A stretch of DNA of 63,718 bases, counting the filler, from Reclinomonas americana ATCC 50394 (lineage: Eukaryota), in NCBI GenBank assembly GCA_048213135.1. It is 6 parts of 6 records of this genome, joined end to end, with 100 filler letters (N's around TTAATTAATTAA, not from the genome) between each part and the next. Parts side by side here need not be neighbours in the genome. Positions count along the whole stretch, not along the records: positions 1 to 21,596 come from PS015871.1; positions 21,697 to 47,766 come from PS015873.1; 4 more parts are not named here. One strand, 5' to 3'. The translations under genes and the position numbers were made by a program. Numbering within the stretch: position 1 is the stretch's first letter; every line of letters begins with the position of its first letter. The notes beneath the pieces are model-generated. The model worked only from the letters and a program-made list of their open reading frames with translations. It made no database searches and was not told the DNA's origin. Shown here piece by piece: positions 13,601 to 27,600 of the stretch.

Positions 13601-16600
13601 GCTGCGACTCCAGTATGTCAGAGACCTGGAATGCGGTGTGACTGGCGGCGAGAGGAATGCGAGAGAACAGCCGGCGTTTCTGCGAGCTCAGCGCCTCGTG
13701 AATGGTCGATGTCTGTGCACAGTTCATAGGTTAATCGGGGAGTCAAATATAATGCGATTCGTGCCGCACATTGTCGTCTCACCTTGCCGTTGCCGCGCGG
13801 ACCAATGAGCATCATGCTTAGTCCATGGCTCGTGCCCAGCCGCAACAAATGGGCCATGCGCACCGACTCGGTTGTGCTGCGCAGACACTCAACGTGGTGA
13901 GCTCTAACAAGTCACACGACCTAGTCTTGTCAGCACCGATGGTCTCACTCACGGGATAAAGACATCGTCCAGCGGCATACTCGGCGGAGTCAACTGCAAG
14001 GCCACGCTCTCCAGCCACGTGACAAAAGTGCCGGTGATGTCCGAGTACACGTAATCGTGCAGTCGTCCCTCCGCCGGCAACGCATTGACCAGTCGAACAC
14101 GAGGTGGTGTCTGTGGTAACTCGAACACGGGCAACTCGTACTGCTGCTCGCCCATGTTGGGAGCCGATTGTGACTCCTCCGCCTCCAGGCGCATCAGCTC
14201 ACTGCGGGCAGTGTCGTCAGTCAACTGGCCGATCATGAGGCGATCTCGTTCCCGGAACGCACCTGAACACATATCGACCCTGGTCGCTCATCTGTGCACC
14301 GACTGTCCACGTCAGTGCAAACACAAACGCCTGCTGCACACGGACGCGCTCTTCCGTTCGCACACCCTGTTATCATCAGTGTGCGACTCGGCGATGAGTA
14401 CACAATTGTTTCGTGGTCGATGTGGATGCTGCTGACGTACCACGCGCGTCCGAGCAATCTCCAGCATCAGCGCTTCAAGGACCTCCACAAACCAGCGAGT
14501 GACAGCAATCTCCGAGTGTGGCACCGGATTCTTGCCTTCGTTGAGCAGATCCAGAGCGCGCACAAAGAGCCTGCGTGTTTTTCACATGTGAGCACCGACA
14601 AGGAAAAAAAGAAGTTCACGATCATTCCGCACCATTCCATCATGATCGCAATGTCACTCGACCACAGGTGCACCAGCGGCGGGGCTGTGGCCAGCCATGA
14701 ACGAGCAATCGTTCGCCACCCACCGTCCAGAGTGGAAGGCTGTTGTAATCGTCCGCATCAGTCAAAAGACAAAGAGAAAAAAGGGTTGTACGCGTGATTC
14801 GTTGCTTACCATGTGAACCACGCCGGCTTGGCGAATCGTGGCCGGAGACGCAGCAGCGAGGCTGTCGGTCTCGAAGATGAACGAGCACGTCTTTGGCACA
14901 ATCAGTGTCTCGCACGACGGCAGCACCAGTTCGTTGGGGTGTTCCAGCGCGGTGCTGAGGCTGTCGGCCCACGCGCCGATTGGACCGTCCAACACAAACC
15001 AGTGGCGCTTGCGAGGATCATTTTCCTCAATGTGCTTGCGCAGCGCGACAAGAAGGTAGCCATCGACCCATTCGTTGGAGCGTTTGTGCAGTGACTGTTC
15101 ATATTGTGCAGAGGGGCAGTGAGCGAAACGACGCAGTGCTGGCGACATGCAATAATGAAACAGCACGCACTCCAATCAGATCGGTAGCGCGCATGCCACC
15201 CGGCGTGAATCTGGCCAGTGCAATGGGGGCCTGATCGGCCAGACCGTTGAGCGCAGACATTAGCACAGACACAGCCGTGGTCTTGCCCGAAAGCGACGGG
15301 CCAACCAGGATGACACCTGGCAATCAATCGATGGGGGTAGTGAGCACACCAAATCTTCATGAGCAGCGCATGCTGACTGACCGGTGCGAGAGGTGAGGTT
15401 CTGGAAGAGTTCCAGTGTCTTGGCCGCAAAGGTGTTTGCGCGAATGCCGCCAGCTGCCGCTGCATCACTGTCTGACATGACCCAGGCGCCGGCAGCCAGC
15501 TGCTGGTGAGCGCGCTCCAAACACGTCATGGTCAGGTGCCGAGCCGACCCTTCAGAGATGATGGCTTGCTGAATGCGCTCGTCCAGTGCATCGCGAGCCG
15601 ACGGCAGTGGGCACGCTGACGGAAACAGATCACTGCACAGTTGCTGGAACACCACAATGTCGCACGAGTGCAGCCGTGGAAGGAATGCGCGCACAAAAGC
15701 GTCGCACACCACAACCAGTTCGTCGGCAGACGCTCGAGAAGCTCGTTGTTTCACTGCAATGACACAGGCGCAGGGTGTGAGCTGGTTTGAATACACACAC
15801 GCGCGCGCGCAACGCAGAGAGATGGACGCAACACGCAGCCAGCAAGATGGTCTTGAAGGTGGGCGCCGAAAAATCGTAGTGGGCCTTCTGTGACAGAACG
15901 TCACTGGCAAGTCGGAAAGCCGCAGAGAGCTTTCGTGCCAGTGTTGTCGGGTCGCGGAATCCGTGAGCGGCAAGGGTAATCTCGGCCACCAATTGCAGGT
16001 CCGGCATGGAGACAAAGGTCGGGCGGAACAGCGACCGCAGGTACTCGGGCAAGCCACTGCTGGCGCTACGTGCCGCACTGGCAATAGACACTGTGGCAGT
16101 GATTGCCGTTGCTGGATCGACCCTCAGGTCAGTGCCGTCAATGTTCACAGTTTCCGACTCGCGCAGAGACAGATTCTGCATCACGTTCCACATGTGCTGC
16201 GCCAGCACCGACACCACGTCGACGCGCAAGTTCTGGACCTCGGCCAAGCACATCCACGCTCCGCACGCGACTGCACCTTTGACCAGCTGCAAAGCAGATG
16301 CCACATCCACCGTGTCCACACAGTCGAGGCGGCGGAACTGCCGACCGCACAGCCTCGACAAGTCCTCCAACATGGCCACACGACCAACTCCCGGAACACC
16401 AGTCTGAATACAAAGCAAGTGAGTGTACAAGATACCAGTATCAACGCATACTGGGTACGCACCAAGCACGCTCCAAGACCATACGACACCGCACTTGTGA
16501 CCGCACGGAAAACGTGCTGCGTATCGGGTGTGAGAACTAGACGCGGCAGGCCGCCGAGGTACTCGAATCCGTAGTGCATGGTGCAGTCCATAATTCGCAG

Positions 16601-19600
16601 CACAATGTCCACACTGTCGGCATTGGAGGTGTCGAGATGCAGCCGCACTGAGCCCTGGAAGGCGAACTCATCGGCCGATGGCGCCGCCTGCGTGCGCGAT
16701 GCCTCCGCCAGCAGGGAGCCGACCAGGTCCCTTGAATGCAGGTTTTGTGTGACGAGCGCCGACAAGGTGAGTTGCTGGCTCCACGAGCACTCGCCCGAAC
16801 GCAGCAGCTTGAAGAGCTGCTCATTCTCGCTGGCAATTCTGTTCTTCAGCTTTCGCAGCATTGAGGCGCTGTCTGACCCGCTTAGTGCGTCGGCAAACTC
16901 GGCGGATCTGCACGCAGACAATCATGAGACGAGACGACAGCGCGACGCGCATTTTTGCACACGATGTCGTCACTACTCACCGGACCAACTGCAGTACCAC
17001 ATAGACCGCTTGCGCAGGCCACTTGACAGCCTGCATCTCGTGGTGTGAGACAGAGTAAGCGACAAACAGCACACACATATGCTGACGCACCCACTGCGAG
17101 ACACTGCTCTCCTCTCGCGAACGGCTGGCCAGCATGATGAGCCGACGCAGCGACTTCTTCATCGACTCCTCGAGGTGACCGAGCCAGAGTTGCGGCTGCT
17201 GCATCTTGGTGGTCACACTTTCTGTGAGCCCAACCAAATCGCGGAAGCTACCGGAGATGGCCTGATGTTGGCGCGATGATGTGAGCGCAAGAAGCTGAAA
17301 TGTTTGCTGCTACACGTATCACATACCGACACGGTGCCCGAGTCGTCCATTTGCAGGTGGTAGATGCCAGGGAAGATGCTCGGCAAGTACCGCTGAATGT
17401 TCTTCGAGTCGATGGTCACCTCGGTAAACAGTGATACCAGTTGACTGTCGGACATGAAGAAGAAGCGCGGAAACACCATGCGCTTGCGCTCAATCCACGA
17501 ACTCATGCCTGCGTTGGATGGAAATGAAAAATGGACCAGCAACAATCGACATGGTGTCGCTGCTGTCGTACCGTGCTGAACCCGATCGACGATCTTGCTC
17601 AGCCGTCCAAACTTGAGTGAGAGAGAGGCATGCGGAACGGCAGCCAGCGATCTGTTTGCCTGCGTCTCCTCGACGATGATCCGAAGCGCGTCGTCCAGCA
17701 TACCAAACACTTCGGTCTCATGCGGAAGTTCCTGTGGTGCAGTACCGTAATCAGTCAACGCAACAGTTTTTGCGTATGGCAGGCGGTGGGGAGTGGCGGC
17801 ACCTTGCGAATGAGTGGCACAGCAAAGAATGGACCCAACGACACCCACACAGGCTGAATGCGATTCCATGTTTGCAAGACATACTTGGTCTGCGACAAGG
17901 AAAAAAGGCGAGTGAGTGCAAACGTCTGCACCGCCACGGACCTCATGGCCACTTGCCTGGTTCAGCCTGCTCAGCCACTCGGTGGTTGGTCGAATGTGCA
18001 CATGGATCAGTGGGTGACACATCAGTTGTTGGGTGCGTGCAATCTGGTCGTCGAGAATGGTCTGCCACGATGCGCACAAACATGATGAGTTGACAGAGAG
18101 GCTGCGTTTGTCCACGACCTGTGGCGATTTACGTACCGACAGGCTGCTGGTGGAACAAATGACATGCGTGTCGCCGTGTGGCGCGGTCTTGATTTCTGCC
18201 TTGCGCAGCTCGAGACGCATCGACTCTAGCAGTTTTTCTATCTGGAATTCCTGCATGGCGCGCTCACTGACATTGCGCAGCTGCACCTCGTACACCTCCA
18301 ACTGTGGAAACATCGAAAAAATGAGAGCTGTGTCACAGCACGTTGCAGAGTTGTGAGCGATGCAAACGCAACATGTCGAGAAATGACTCCGGCCAGAGTC
18401 TCATTCGGCAGTGCCCTGATGCGCACACCGCAAACTTTCTCCATTTCCTCCCAGTGGCGGTCACGCATGCCGCCGTGGCGCAAGAGGTTGATCACTGCAC
18501 GAGAGATGTCATGAACACGCACACTGTGTGGTAANNNNNNNNNNNNNNNNNNNNNNNNNNNNNNNNNNNNNNNNNNNNNNNNNNNNNNNNNNNNNNNNNN
18601 NNNNNNNNNNNNNNNNNNNNNNNNNNNNNNNNNNNNNNNNNNNNNNNNNNNNNNNNNNNNNNNNNNNNNNNNNNNNNNNNNNNNNNNNNNNNNNNNNNNN
18701 NNNNNNNNNNNNNNNNNNNNNNNNNNNNNNNNNNNNNNNNNNNNNNNNNNNNNNNNNNNNNNNNNNNNNNNNNNNNNNNNNNNNNNNNNNNNNNNNNNNN
18801 NNNNNNNNNNNNNNNNNNNNNNNNNNNNNNNNNNNNNNNNNNNNNNNNNNNNNNNNNNNNNNNNNNNNNNNNNNNNNNNNNNNNNNNNNNNNNNNNNNNN
18901 NNNNNNNNNNNNNNNNNNNNNNNNNNNNNNNNNNNNNNNNNNNNNNNNNNNNNNNNNNNNNNNNNNNNNNNNNNNNNNNNNNNNNNNNNNNNNNNNNNNN
19001 NNNNNNNNNNNNNNNNNNNNNNNNNNNNNNNNNNNTTTGCGTGACTTTATGGACACACTGGCTCCTCTGGTGGATATTTCTGCGTCCGAGACTTTGGCTG
19101 CTGGTGGTATGTGTGTATGTGTATGCATGTGTGTATCGAGACACAGCCATCTCACTGTCAAGTGCACAGTGGTGGAGAAGGCTGAATCGGTGGCCTTGGT
19201 GGCCAGCACCGGTGCGTCGCGAGTGACTGACATTGAGGAGGCATATGTTGCTGTGTTCCGCGAAGCGCTTGATGCACTCGCAGAGCGTGGTCGAGCCATT
19301 GAGCGTGTCCTCAAGGCACCCGAGTGTTGCGTCAGTGCTGCTACAGCGTCCTATTCGCTAGACCGTCGAACCTCACGGATCTGCTGCATACAGTGTTCTT
19401 CACGGCATTCCGCCTCGATGTGAGCGAGGCTCGACGCGTTCTTCGCGAGCGCGTACAGCACGCCATGACCACCATCCTCGACCACCTGTGCAAACATTTG
19501 GGCGAACGAGTGGTGGTGCTGAATGAGAGATACGAGAGCCTGTACCATAGCATCGCCAGGCAACCGGCCACGCCCGATGGTGAGCGCTCCTTGATGTGTG

Positions 19601-21483
19601 TGCCTGCAGACTGACACAACAATATGGTACTCACCAGGCGTGCCGTGCCGCACACAGACTTGCGCTTGATGAAGCACATTGTCGAGCAGCATTCTGTGGT
19701 GTCGGAGTCGTGGATTGAAGAGGTGCGATCCATGCACTCGGTGCTGCAAGTGCTCGACACGCACCGCCGTCTGCTGTCGGACGACCAAGCTTCGCAGTTT
19801 TACACCCTGCAACAGTGGCCACGACGTGTACACTTTGCCATGGCTGGTGAGANNNNNNNNNNNNNNNNNNNNNNNNNNNCAGTGGCGTGAAGCACTCTCA
19901 GTGGCTGCGAAAAATAATGGCAGGTGGCAAGTTTGACGCACCGCTGCTCGGAAACATGGCACTGCTTGAGGGCCATGTCGTAGGCGTGTCTCGCATCGGC
20001 CCACGACTGCTGGTGAACTTCCTGTCGCACGGCGGGAGGCAGACGTGCACCGGCCAGTGTCCCCACTCGTCGCTCAATGGAGCGCACAGTGTCTGTTTTG
20101 ATCAAGCATCAGCGTACATGCAACTGTTGCACGGGAGCGACAAGAACGCACCGTCGCTAAGCGGCGTCACCACTGCGTCGGACACGTAGTGACTCAGATG
20201 GTGTTCGAGACGCGCAGCGTACTCGGCTCGTTCGCGCCACATCACTGCGTGAAGGATGCGCTCGTTGAGCAATTCCGGTGACTCCATTTCGAAGCGCAGG
20301 TTCAGCCTGCAAACAATTGTGTCAGTTTACATGGCGGTGCAAGTAAAGGGCACAATGACTGGTCTCACCGGCGGACATGTTTCTGATGCGTGGAGACACT
20401 CATGGTCGACGACCATTGGATGAGGAAGAGCTCGCTCACGGGGTCGTAGTGCAGCACGGTGCACGGTCGCCACTCCCACGTGTCTGTCCCGGTGCAGTAA
20501 ATGGAGAAGGCATGAACCACGTCCTGTGCGTGCGCTTGTCAGTCAACAGGCAAGTGAATCGAAAAAGTCAGGTGCGCAACAGTCTTGGCGATCCAGGTGA
20601 ATGGTGCCAACTGCTCGAGTGTGGGGTCGTCGAAGAGATCGAGGGGCAAGAAATGGCCCAACGGCAGCTCGCCAGCCTGCCATCGATTGTACTCGTCGGG
20701 TGTGAGACGCCGCTCTGCGGCCAGCTCGTTGGCCACCTCTGCCGTGATCGAGACGGTGCTGTGGCTGCGAGTGGTGCGCGTGGTGTACGGTTCATCGGCG
20801 CCAGAGTCGTAGCTGTCAATGCTGGCAAACGCCGCCCGTCCGCGCTCCACCTCGGCGTCCTCGTCCACCTCGTCGTCACTCTCATTTGCCTCTTCCTCCT
20901 TTGCCTCCTCTCCTTCTTCCTCTTCTTCCTCTTGTTCTTGCTCGTGGTCCTGTGCAACATCAACAGCACTGCTGTCTCCCACGTCAGTGCCGGCATCCTG
21001 TGAATCCACATAGTCCGCCCCATCGTCACGGTGCTGCTCGCCCGGAGTGGAAGGTCGGGGTGACTGGGTGGCGCGAGCAGACGGCACTCTGAACGAGAGA
21101 CCCTTGCCAATGGGAAATTCGTCGGCAAGGTCGCCACGCAGTCTCAACTCTGTGTTGCTGTGCTCGCCCATGTGACCGACTGTCAGTGTGGCGTGTGAGG
21201 CCGCCAGCAGAGGCGGGAGCGACGGAATGATGCTCGACATTCGACGGTGACGATTGTAGACGGCCTGCGGCAGCGGCGACGGTGTGCGTGCTTGTCGCGG
21301 GCTGGAGGGGCACGATATGCTGCCGCGCCGTGATGGTGGTACCATATCTGTAACGGCTGCGGCAGTAGCAGGGGTGGTGGTGGTGGTGGTGGTCATCTTG
21401 ATCATGATACACGGGTCGGGTCTGTTGTCTTCGCTGTCTTGCGCCGATGGTGGTCGCAGTGGTGACGCGCTCTGGTCGCGATA
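4630..21483 (-). CDS. Divergent axonemal inner-arm-type dynein heavy chain (DNAH1-like N-terminus); gapped, 5' end uncertain
   Basis: N-terminal LPLDLFDD..W, WRPCTVLHYD, RLNLRFEMESP; linker KRMVFPRFFFMSD, YGFEYLG..RLVLTP; AAA2 GPSLSGKTT; AAA3 GPRGNGKT; AAA4 GQRGSGRRS; stalk/MTBD; AAA5-6 (FRLWLTS, YGGRV); C-terminal YLCPVY..HWTKRRV. Confidence 0.92.
19036..19851 (+). other. Dynein tail exons on the opposite strand between two N gaps (probably a mis-oriented contig)
   Basis: + strand spliced exons (VFFTAFRLDVSEARRVL..YESLYHSIARQPATP..LQQWPRRV) resemble the inner-arm dynein stem missing at this point of the - strand gene; bounded by gaps on both sides. Confidence 0.75.
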
Positions 21484-21529
21484 GCTGCATTCATGATCAC
21501 AGTGCTGTGAGCAAGCCGATTCCCCCCCC

Positions 21530-21531
21530 CA

Positions 21532-21583
<52 letters not shown>
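21530..21583. repeat. (CA)n(GA)n compound microsatellite
   Basis: Direct reading; similar CA/GT/CT/GA tracts fill many introns in the window. Confidence 0.95.
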
Positions 21584-21584
<1 letters not shown>

Positions 21585-21640
21585 GCGCGTACCTCCNNNN
21601 NNNNNNNNNNNNNNNNNNNNNNNNNNNNNNNNNNNNNNNN

Positions 21641-21652
21641 TTAATTAATTAA
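21641..21652. other. Artificial scaffold-joining spacer TTAATTAATTAA (also 47811-47822, 55262-55273, 57504-57515, 62060-62071)
   Basis: Identical 12-mer with stops in all six frames, always embedded in N runs. Confidence 0.95.
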
Positions 21653-21695
21653 NNNNNNNNNNNNNNNNNNNNNNNNNNNNNNNNNNNNNNNNNNN

Positions 21696-24600
21696 NTGTC
21701 GTTCGCTGCGCGCACCTGGACGAGCGCATTCGTGCAGTGTTTGCACACTTGCTGCTCAATTTGTACTTGGATGTGCCGCAAAAGACGCCGCTGGTGCAAT
21801 CGATGTGGGTGCGTTCAATCGCGCGGTCCTCGTGTGTGCGCCTTGCCTTCTTGGGGTGTCTGCCTCCTCCTCTTGCTCACTATGGCTGCGCGCAGCTGTG
21901 GAGTGACATTGAGCAGCGAGCGTACAGTGACTTGTCGCCAGCCTCTGTGGCCTCCAAGATGCCGCTGACTCGTCAGTTCAGGTGCATTCTTTTACATCGT
22001 CCAGTTTTGCGCTGCTTCCACAGCTGATGACGACGATGTCACTCTGCGCTCTCACAGTGTGCCGACCATGGGCATGTCGCCGTCGCAACTCGAAATGCTG
22101 CTGCGTGCCAAGGAGGAGGTGCTGTCGTACGTGATCGACCTGGTCAAGGAGAACGCCGTGCAGGACGTGGCGAACTCGCAGGCCAATCGACTGACCATCA
22201 CGGTAGGGTTGTCTCCATCTTCAACATATGATGATACATCGTCGAGCTGACCATGGCAATGCAGCTGCTGAAAGTGCTCGAGTCGCTTCTTCTGCAAGGC
22301 GTGGTCTCGAACGAGGTCATGGCTTCGTCACTCTCCAGTGCCCTCTTCCTCATGCTCGACGGGCGCACCGACGTGTATCGCGACAGTTGCGTGCCGTTCT
22401 CTGTCTAACTTTGTCTGCATGTGCGTGGCACGGCACATTGACTGTCTCGATTGCGCACAGTGGCCATGGATGCGAGGTACAAGCGCACGGAGAAGAATCT
22501 CATTATCATGGTGTGTGTTAGTTTTGAGAATTGTAGTCCTCTGTCTCTTATGCGTATCCCCACACTGTGCAGGAGTGCAAGCTGAAGATCATTCGCTTGC
22601 TCAACATTCTGTTCGACATTCGTCTCAACACGCGCATCGATCTGTTCCTGCAAGCATTTGCACGCGATCCGACAACTGCCGGTGACTTTTTCCGGGATTT
22701 GTTGGCGGTGAGCCTTATCCTTTCTCCGTCTGTTCATCTCCACACCCGCTAACCAGTTGGGTGTGTGCAGGAGTACGACGACATTCGGCAGCAGTTGGAC
22801 TCGGATCAAGTGCTGTTGCATCTGTGTTTGTACGACTATGAGCCGCTGCGTGTGCACGCCTTCCGCTTCCTGTTCCGCGACCACCGGTGCGGCCCGTTGC
22901 TTTGTGTCTTGCCCGAAATGCGTGGCCCCACTGACTCGTGTCGTGGTGCAGACAAGCGCCAGACCTGATTCGTGCACTGGAGGACATTCAGTTGCTGTTT
23001 GGCGAGGCCAAGACGTCGCTGACTGCGCGCATCAAGGAGCAGGTGCAGAATCTGGGCGGTGCCCTCGCCAACTCGGTGTCGGTGTCGGCCGCCGACCGAC
23101 GCGCCAGTGAGCACCAGCTGCTGGCCACCGTGGAGCGTCTGATTGGCATTCTCCGTTTCGTGTACTCGCGCTGGTTTCTGTGCCTCATGCAGCTGACATC
23201 CGTGATCCACGCAGGGGATCCGTGCTCGGAAACTGAGTTCAAGCAGAAGCAAAATCTGCTGCGCAGTCTCGGCTGCCACAAGGTGCTGCTCAACATCTTG
23301 CGCCAGCCCTTCGTGCTTTCTTCGTCGACTGCGCCCAGCCAGTCGGCGTCCGCCAGCAGTGTCCTGGATCGCGTCAAGCAACCGATGCGGGCGACTGACG
23401 GCGATCAGCACAGTGACATTTGCTCCGATCTCGATTTCGTCGAATCCGATGAGGAGGAGGATGTTGATGACGGCGACGATGCAGACGATCGCGAGAGTGG
23501 TCGTCTGAATCTCTTTGGCTCCATCTACTCCCTGCTTCAAGTGGTGCGTGTGTGCGTGAACAGTCGCTTCGATGAGTGATTTCTGTTGACCACGATGCAG
23601 TTTGTGCAAGGCAACGAGGAGAATCAAATGGCACTGTCGCCGTACTTGAATCTGTTCATGTCGCAGATGGGGTTGCGTAACGCGTGTGCCCGGTTTGGCG
23701 AGCTCTTATTTCACAAGTATTCACTGTTGACATTTGTGCGCAGTGCGAGCCTCGGTGCCACCGAGACCATGACGGAGATGGTTCGCGGCAACACGGCACT
23801 GTGCTCGTCGCTCGACAACTCGGTCATCCATCACATTATCCGCACGATCTCCGAGCGATCCAAGCACGCGCGCTACGTGGAGTTTTTGCGGGTGCGTTGA
23901 ATGCGTTCATGTTCCTTTACGCCACCCCAGTGCTGAATGCATGCCTGCTTGCGTGTGTGCAGGTCATTCTCGAGAGCAGCCACCGCGTGCACCAGAACGT
24001 CATTCTCAACGCGCTGGCTCAACGGCCACACAAGACCATTTACTTGTTCCGCGGCCACGAGGGACGGCAAATGAGGTCCGTGCACGTCAACAAAAGGTCG
24101 CACGAATTTTGCACTCACTCGCGACAATTGGCACCTGCAGGAGTCAGCTGATGCAGGATCGTGATCATTTGCGCAATCGGCGTGAGAGTTTGCTGGCCTA
24201 CTACATTTCGCTGGTCAAGGTGCTGCTGCTGTGCTGCAAGGACAACACGTACACGATGGTGAGTTCCACAAATTGTAGGCTTTTGTATAAGCATTCCACT
24301 CATTGTGCTGTGTTCTCTCAACAGAACCGGCAAAAAGTGGCGCGCTACCTTCCTCTGGACGAGTGCATTTTGCAAATGTTGGATCCGACCAATGTGGTCG
24401 AGGTCAAGGATGTGCTGGTGCAGTTCCTGATCGAAGTGCACTTCCGGTACCTGTCGCCTGACTTGGTCAGCGAGTATGCCACCGACGTCGGCCGGCTGCT
24501 GCAGTCATTTACCGAGGATGCGGATTTCTTGAGTCGATTGCATTCGCGCAAGGTGTGCGCTGTCAGCAGCGAGATTGAATTGTCAAGTCGGGAAACCGCT

Positions 24601-27600
24601 CACGGCAGTATGTATGCAGGTGGCTGTCGATCCAGCGTACGCCAGCTTGGAGGCCATGGAGGCCACCTGGACGTCGTACTTTGTGGACGCAGTGTGTCCG
24701 GCAGTGACCATGGTGTTCGAGCGTGAGACCATGGTCGAGACCCTGGGACTGCGTGTGTTGCGTGTTTCTTGGCCGTCCAGTCCCATCCTTGCTCTCGCTG
24801 ACCGTGTCATTTTGTTGAACCAAACACCCACAGCGACGGCAACAACCTCGGCTTGCTGCTCGGCAGTTCGCTGGCAGAGCTGTATGAGGGCACCGAGGAC
24901 AAGGCGCTACAGAATGCACTGCTGCGTTGTCTGCAGATCATCAATCGCGCCGGCTTCTTGATCGGCGACGCCATGGAGGTGCGCAGGGTGAAGCGTTTTC
25001 TCTCCCGTGTGCTTCTTCTTGGCATTGACGTGTGTGTCTGTCACAGCGTTTGCTGAACCTCCCACCACGGGTAGGAAGTGGCGGTGATGGAGCTCTGACC
25101 GAGAAGGTGAGCGACGAGGAGCGCGCTGTGCGTGCGCGGTTTGCCGAGATCATTGAAGCACTGTTGCGTCTCGACCGCGTTTGCACCTGGTGTGTGCCAC
25201 ACTCGCGAGTCCTGATCATGTGACGAGCGCAACAGACGCGACAATGAAATGATTGCACGCGAGTCGGCGGCTCTCTGCCAGCTGTTCAGCATCAAGGAGG
25301 AACCGAGTGGTCGCTTGGTCAACGCCGAGCGTCTGGTCACATTCATGCGGTTTGTTTTTGTGGAGCTCGAATGCTTTTTGTCTTGCATTCTTGCTCGTGC
25401 TGATCTCGGCGTGTGATGGGGGGGACAGTGAGAGCATTGAGGCCGGCACAATGACGGAACTCAAATTGCAGCCGTTGTTTGTGACGGCACTGAACGTGTT
25501 GACTCAGCTGCTGCAAATGCACGGCTCTGGCGAAGATGACGACGTGGCGGAGGAGAAGGTGCTGCTGCAAAACGACCTCAACAGTCTCGGGGCCACTGAG
25601 CTGGTGGTGTCGCTGGTGGAGACGGGAGACGAGGATCTTGTGCGCGAAGCTATACACTTTGCGGTTGAATTCCTGGACGGCGGCAATGCCGACGTGCAGG
25701 TGCGTGTTGCCTTGACTTGATGTGTCTCAAATTCAGCTGCCTCACTCGCATTCGTCTACGCAGCGCTCCTTCTTTGAGGTGCTGGCCAGTCATTCCAGCG
25801 AAAAGTTCTACAAGGAGCTGCAACTGCGCATGCATCGCTCGGTGCTGGAGACCAAGAGTCGACAGAAGCTGGTGTCGAGCAGCCGTCGTGCGACTGTGGA
25901 GAAGGGCGGCGATGGCCAACCTTCGTCATCGTCCTCCGACATCTCCAAGGACTACACGTGGCACATTTTCCGCCTGCTGCAGCTCTTCTGCGAGGGTCAC
26001 AACTTGGAGATGCAAAATTACCTGCGTGAGCAGCCCGAACGCCGTGCCAACGTCAACTTGGTCCGCGAGGTCGTCGACTATGTGGTGGCGCTCGAGCGCT
26101 TTATCAACGACGACAATCTGCACATTATCACGCAGGCCTTTGTCACTCTCACGGAGATGATGCAGGGCCCGTGCATGGGCAACAAGGTGCGTGAGTTTTC
26201 TTTTTCATGGTGTGTGTGGATGTTGTCTCACCCTCACCCTCTGCTCCCTCCCTCCCTCCCACAGTTGACCATTACGCAGTCGAAGATCTACGTGGTCGTC
26301 AACCGTTTGCTGGTCTTCTCGCCAGACTCGATGATGAACGATCCGGCCTTCCTGGAACTGCAGGTTTGTGACTTGTCGATCTCTTTTGTCTGCAAAACAT
26401 GGTCGGTGACATAATGGGTGTGGACGTAGGGACAAGCGGCCATCACTGCGCGCACGGTGATGGAGGGCGAGCACTTCCCGAGCGGCGTGCAAATGCTTCG
26501 CGAGAGTCTCGACATTCCGCACATGGTAGGAAATGGAAAAAGAACATTGTCTCCGCAGCTACACTCACGCTGCACTGCATGCACACGCAGATCTTCCGCA
26601 TGGAGAAGTTGCAGAAAGTGCTGTGCGTGCCCATGGGCGTGACGCCAGAGTCGTGGGGAGAAGACCTGGCCACCGGCATGGATGTTCTCGAAAAGGACGA
26701 AGTGCTTGGTGCGCAATTCCAAGTCGGCCGCATCATGTACGAGCTCATGCGGTACTTTGCCGACGAGCCCGAGTACCACGGAACGGTCTGTTGCATCGTT
26801 CTTTCATGATACTCCATTGCCGCCTCACATGTGTGTTTTGTGCGCAGTACGATGAGCTGTTGAAGAACATTTTCCTCTTCCCAAAGTTCACGGGCCGTGT
26901 GGAAATCGTTCGCGACAAGCGACTCGAGAAGGTCAGGGTGGTTTTGCCCGTCCATCATCATCCGTTGCTTATGCATGATTGCAGGTGTACTTCCCCATTC
27001 CACAAATCTGCTTCTGTCTGCCTGAGGAAACCAAGGAAGCATTCCACGATTCGTTGCGTCGACAATGAGAGGGAGGGAGAGGAGGCTTGGTGAACAGTAT
27101 GATGACAAGAAATGGCGCGCAGAGTGGAGCGTGAGAACGCAACGGCCAAGGCGCACGGACTCTTCAAGGCGCACCCCTCCATGATGAACCAGATGCGACA
27201 CGAGGTGTGTATCATCATTGCGTCGACCGTATGATTTCTGTGTGTTTTCCTCAACACACACGGCCACACGGTGTCGCCACTGTGCAGAATCAACTTCGCC
27301 GCAACCTCTTCTTCCGTCCCTTCCGACAGCACTATCGCACGCTGCAGATGCTGAGTTTCGGCCTGTCGCTGCTGATGAATCTCATGCTGCTGCTGTCGTA
27401 CGAAGTCCAGGACCGTGACGAAGATGGAATGTTGCGTGTGTGTGTGCATGTTGTGTCACCGAACCTCCGTTGAGACTAACGGAGCGCGCGTGTATGTGTA
27501 GTATGGCGGGCCATCGCAGCTGGATGCTGGCACCAATAGTGCTCTTCATGGGCTTTGTACACACCATTGTCACCATCACGCTCTTCTTCATCTACATTGT

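Noticed and set aside
21483..21696. Dynein and IP3R as a divergent gene pair
   Set aside because: Separated by an artificial spacer, so they are on different scaffolds
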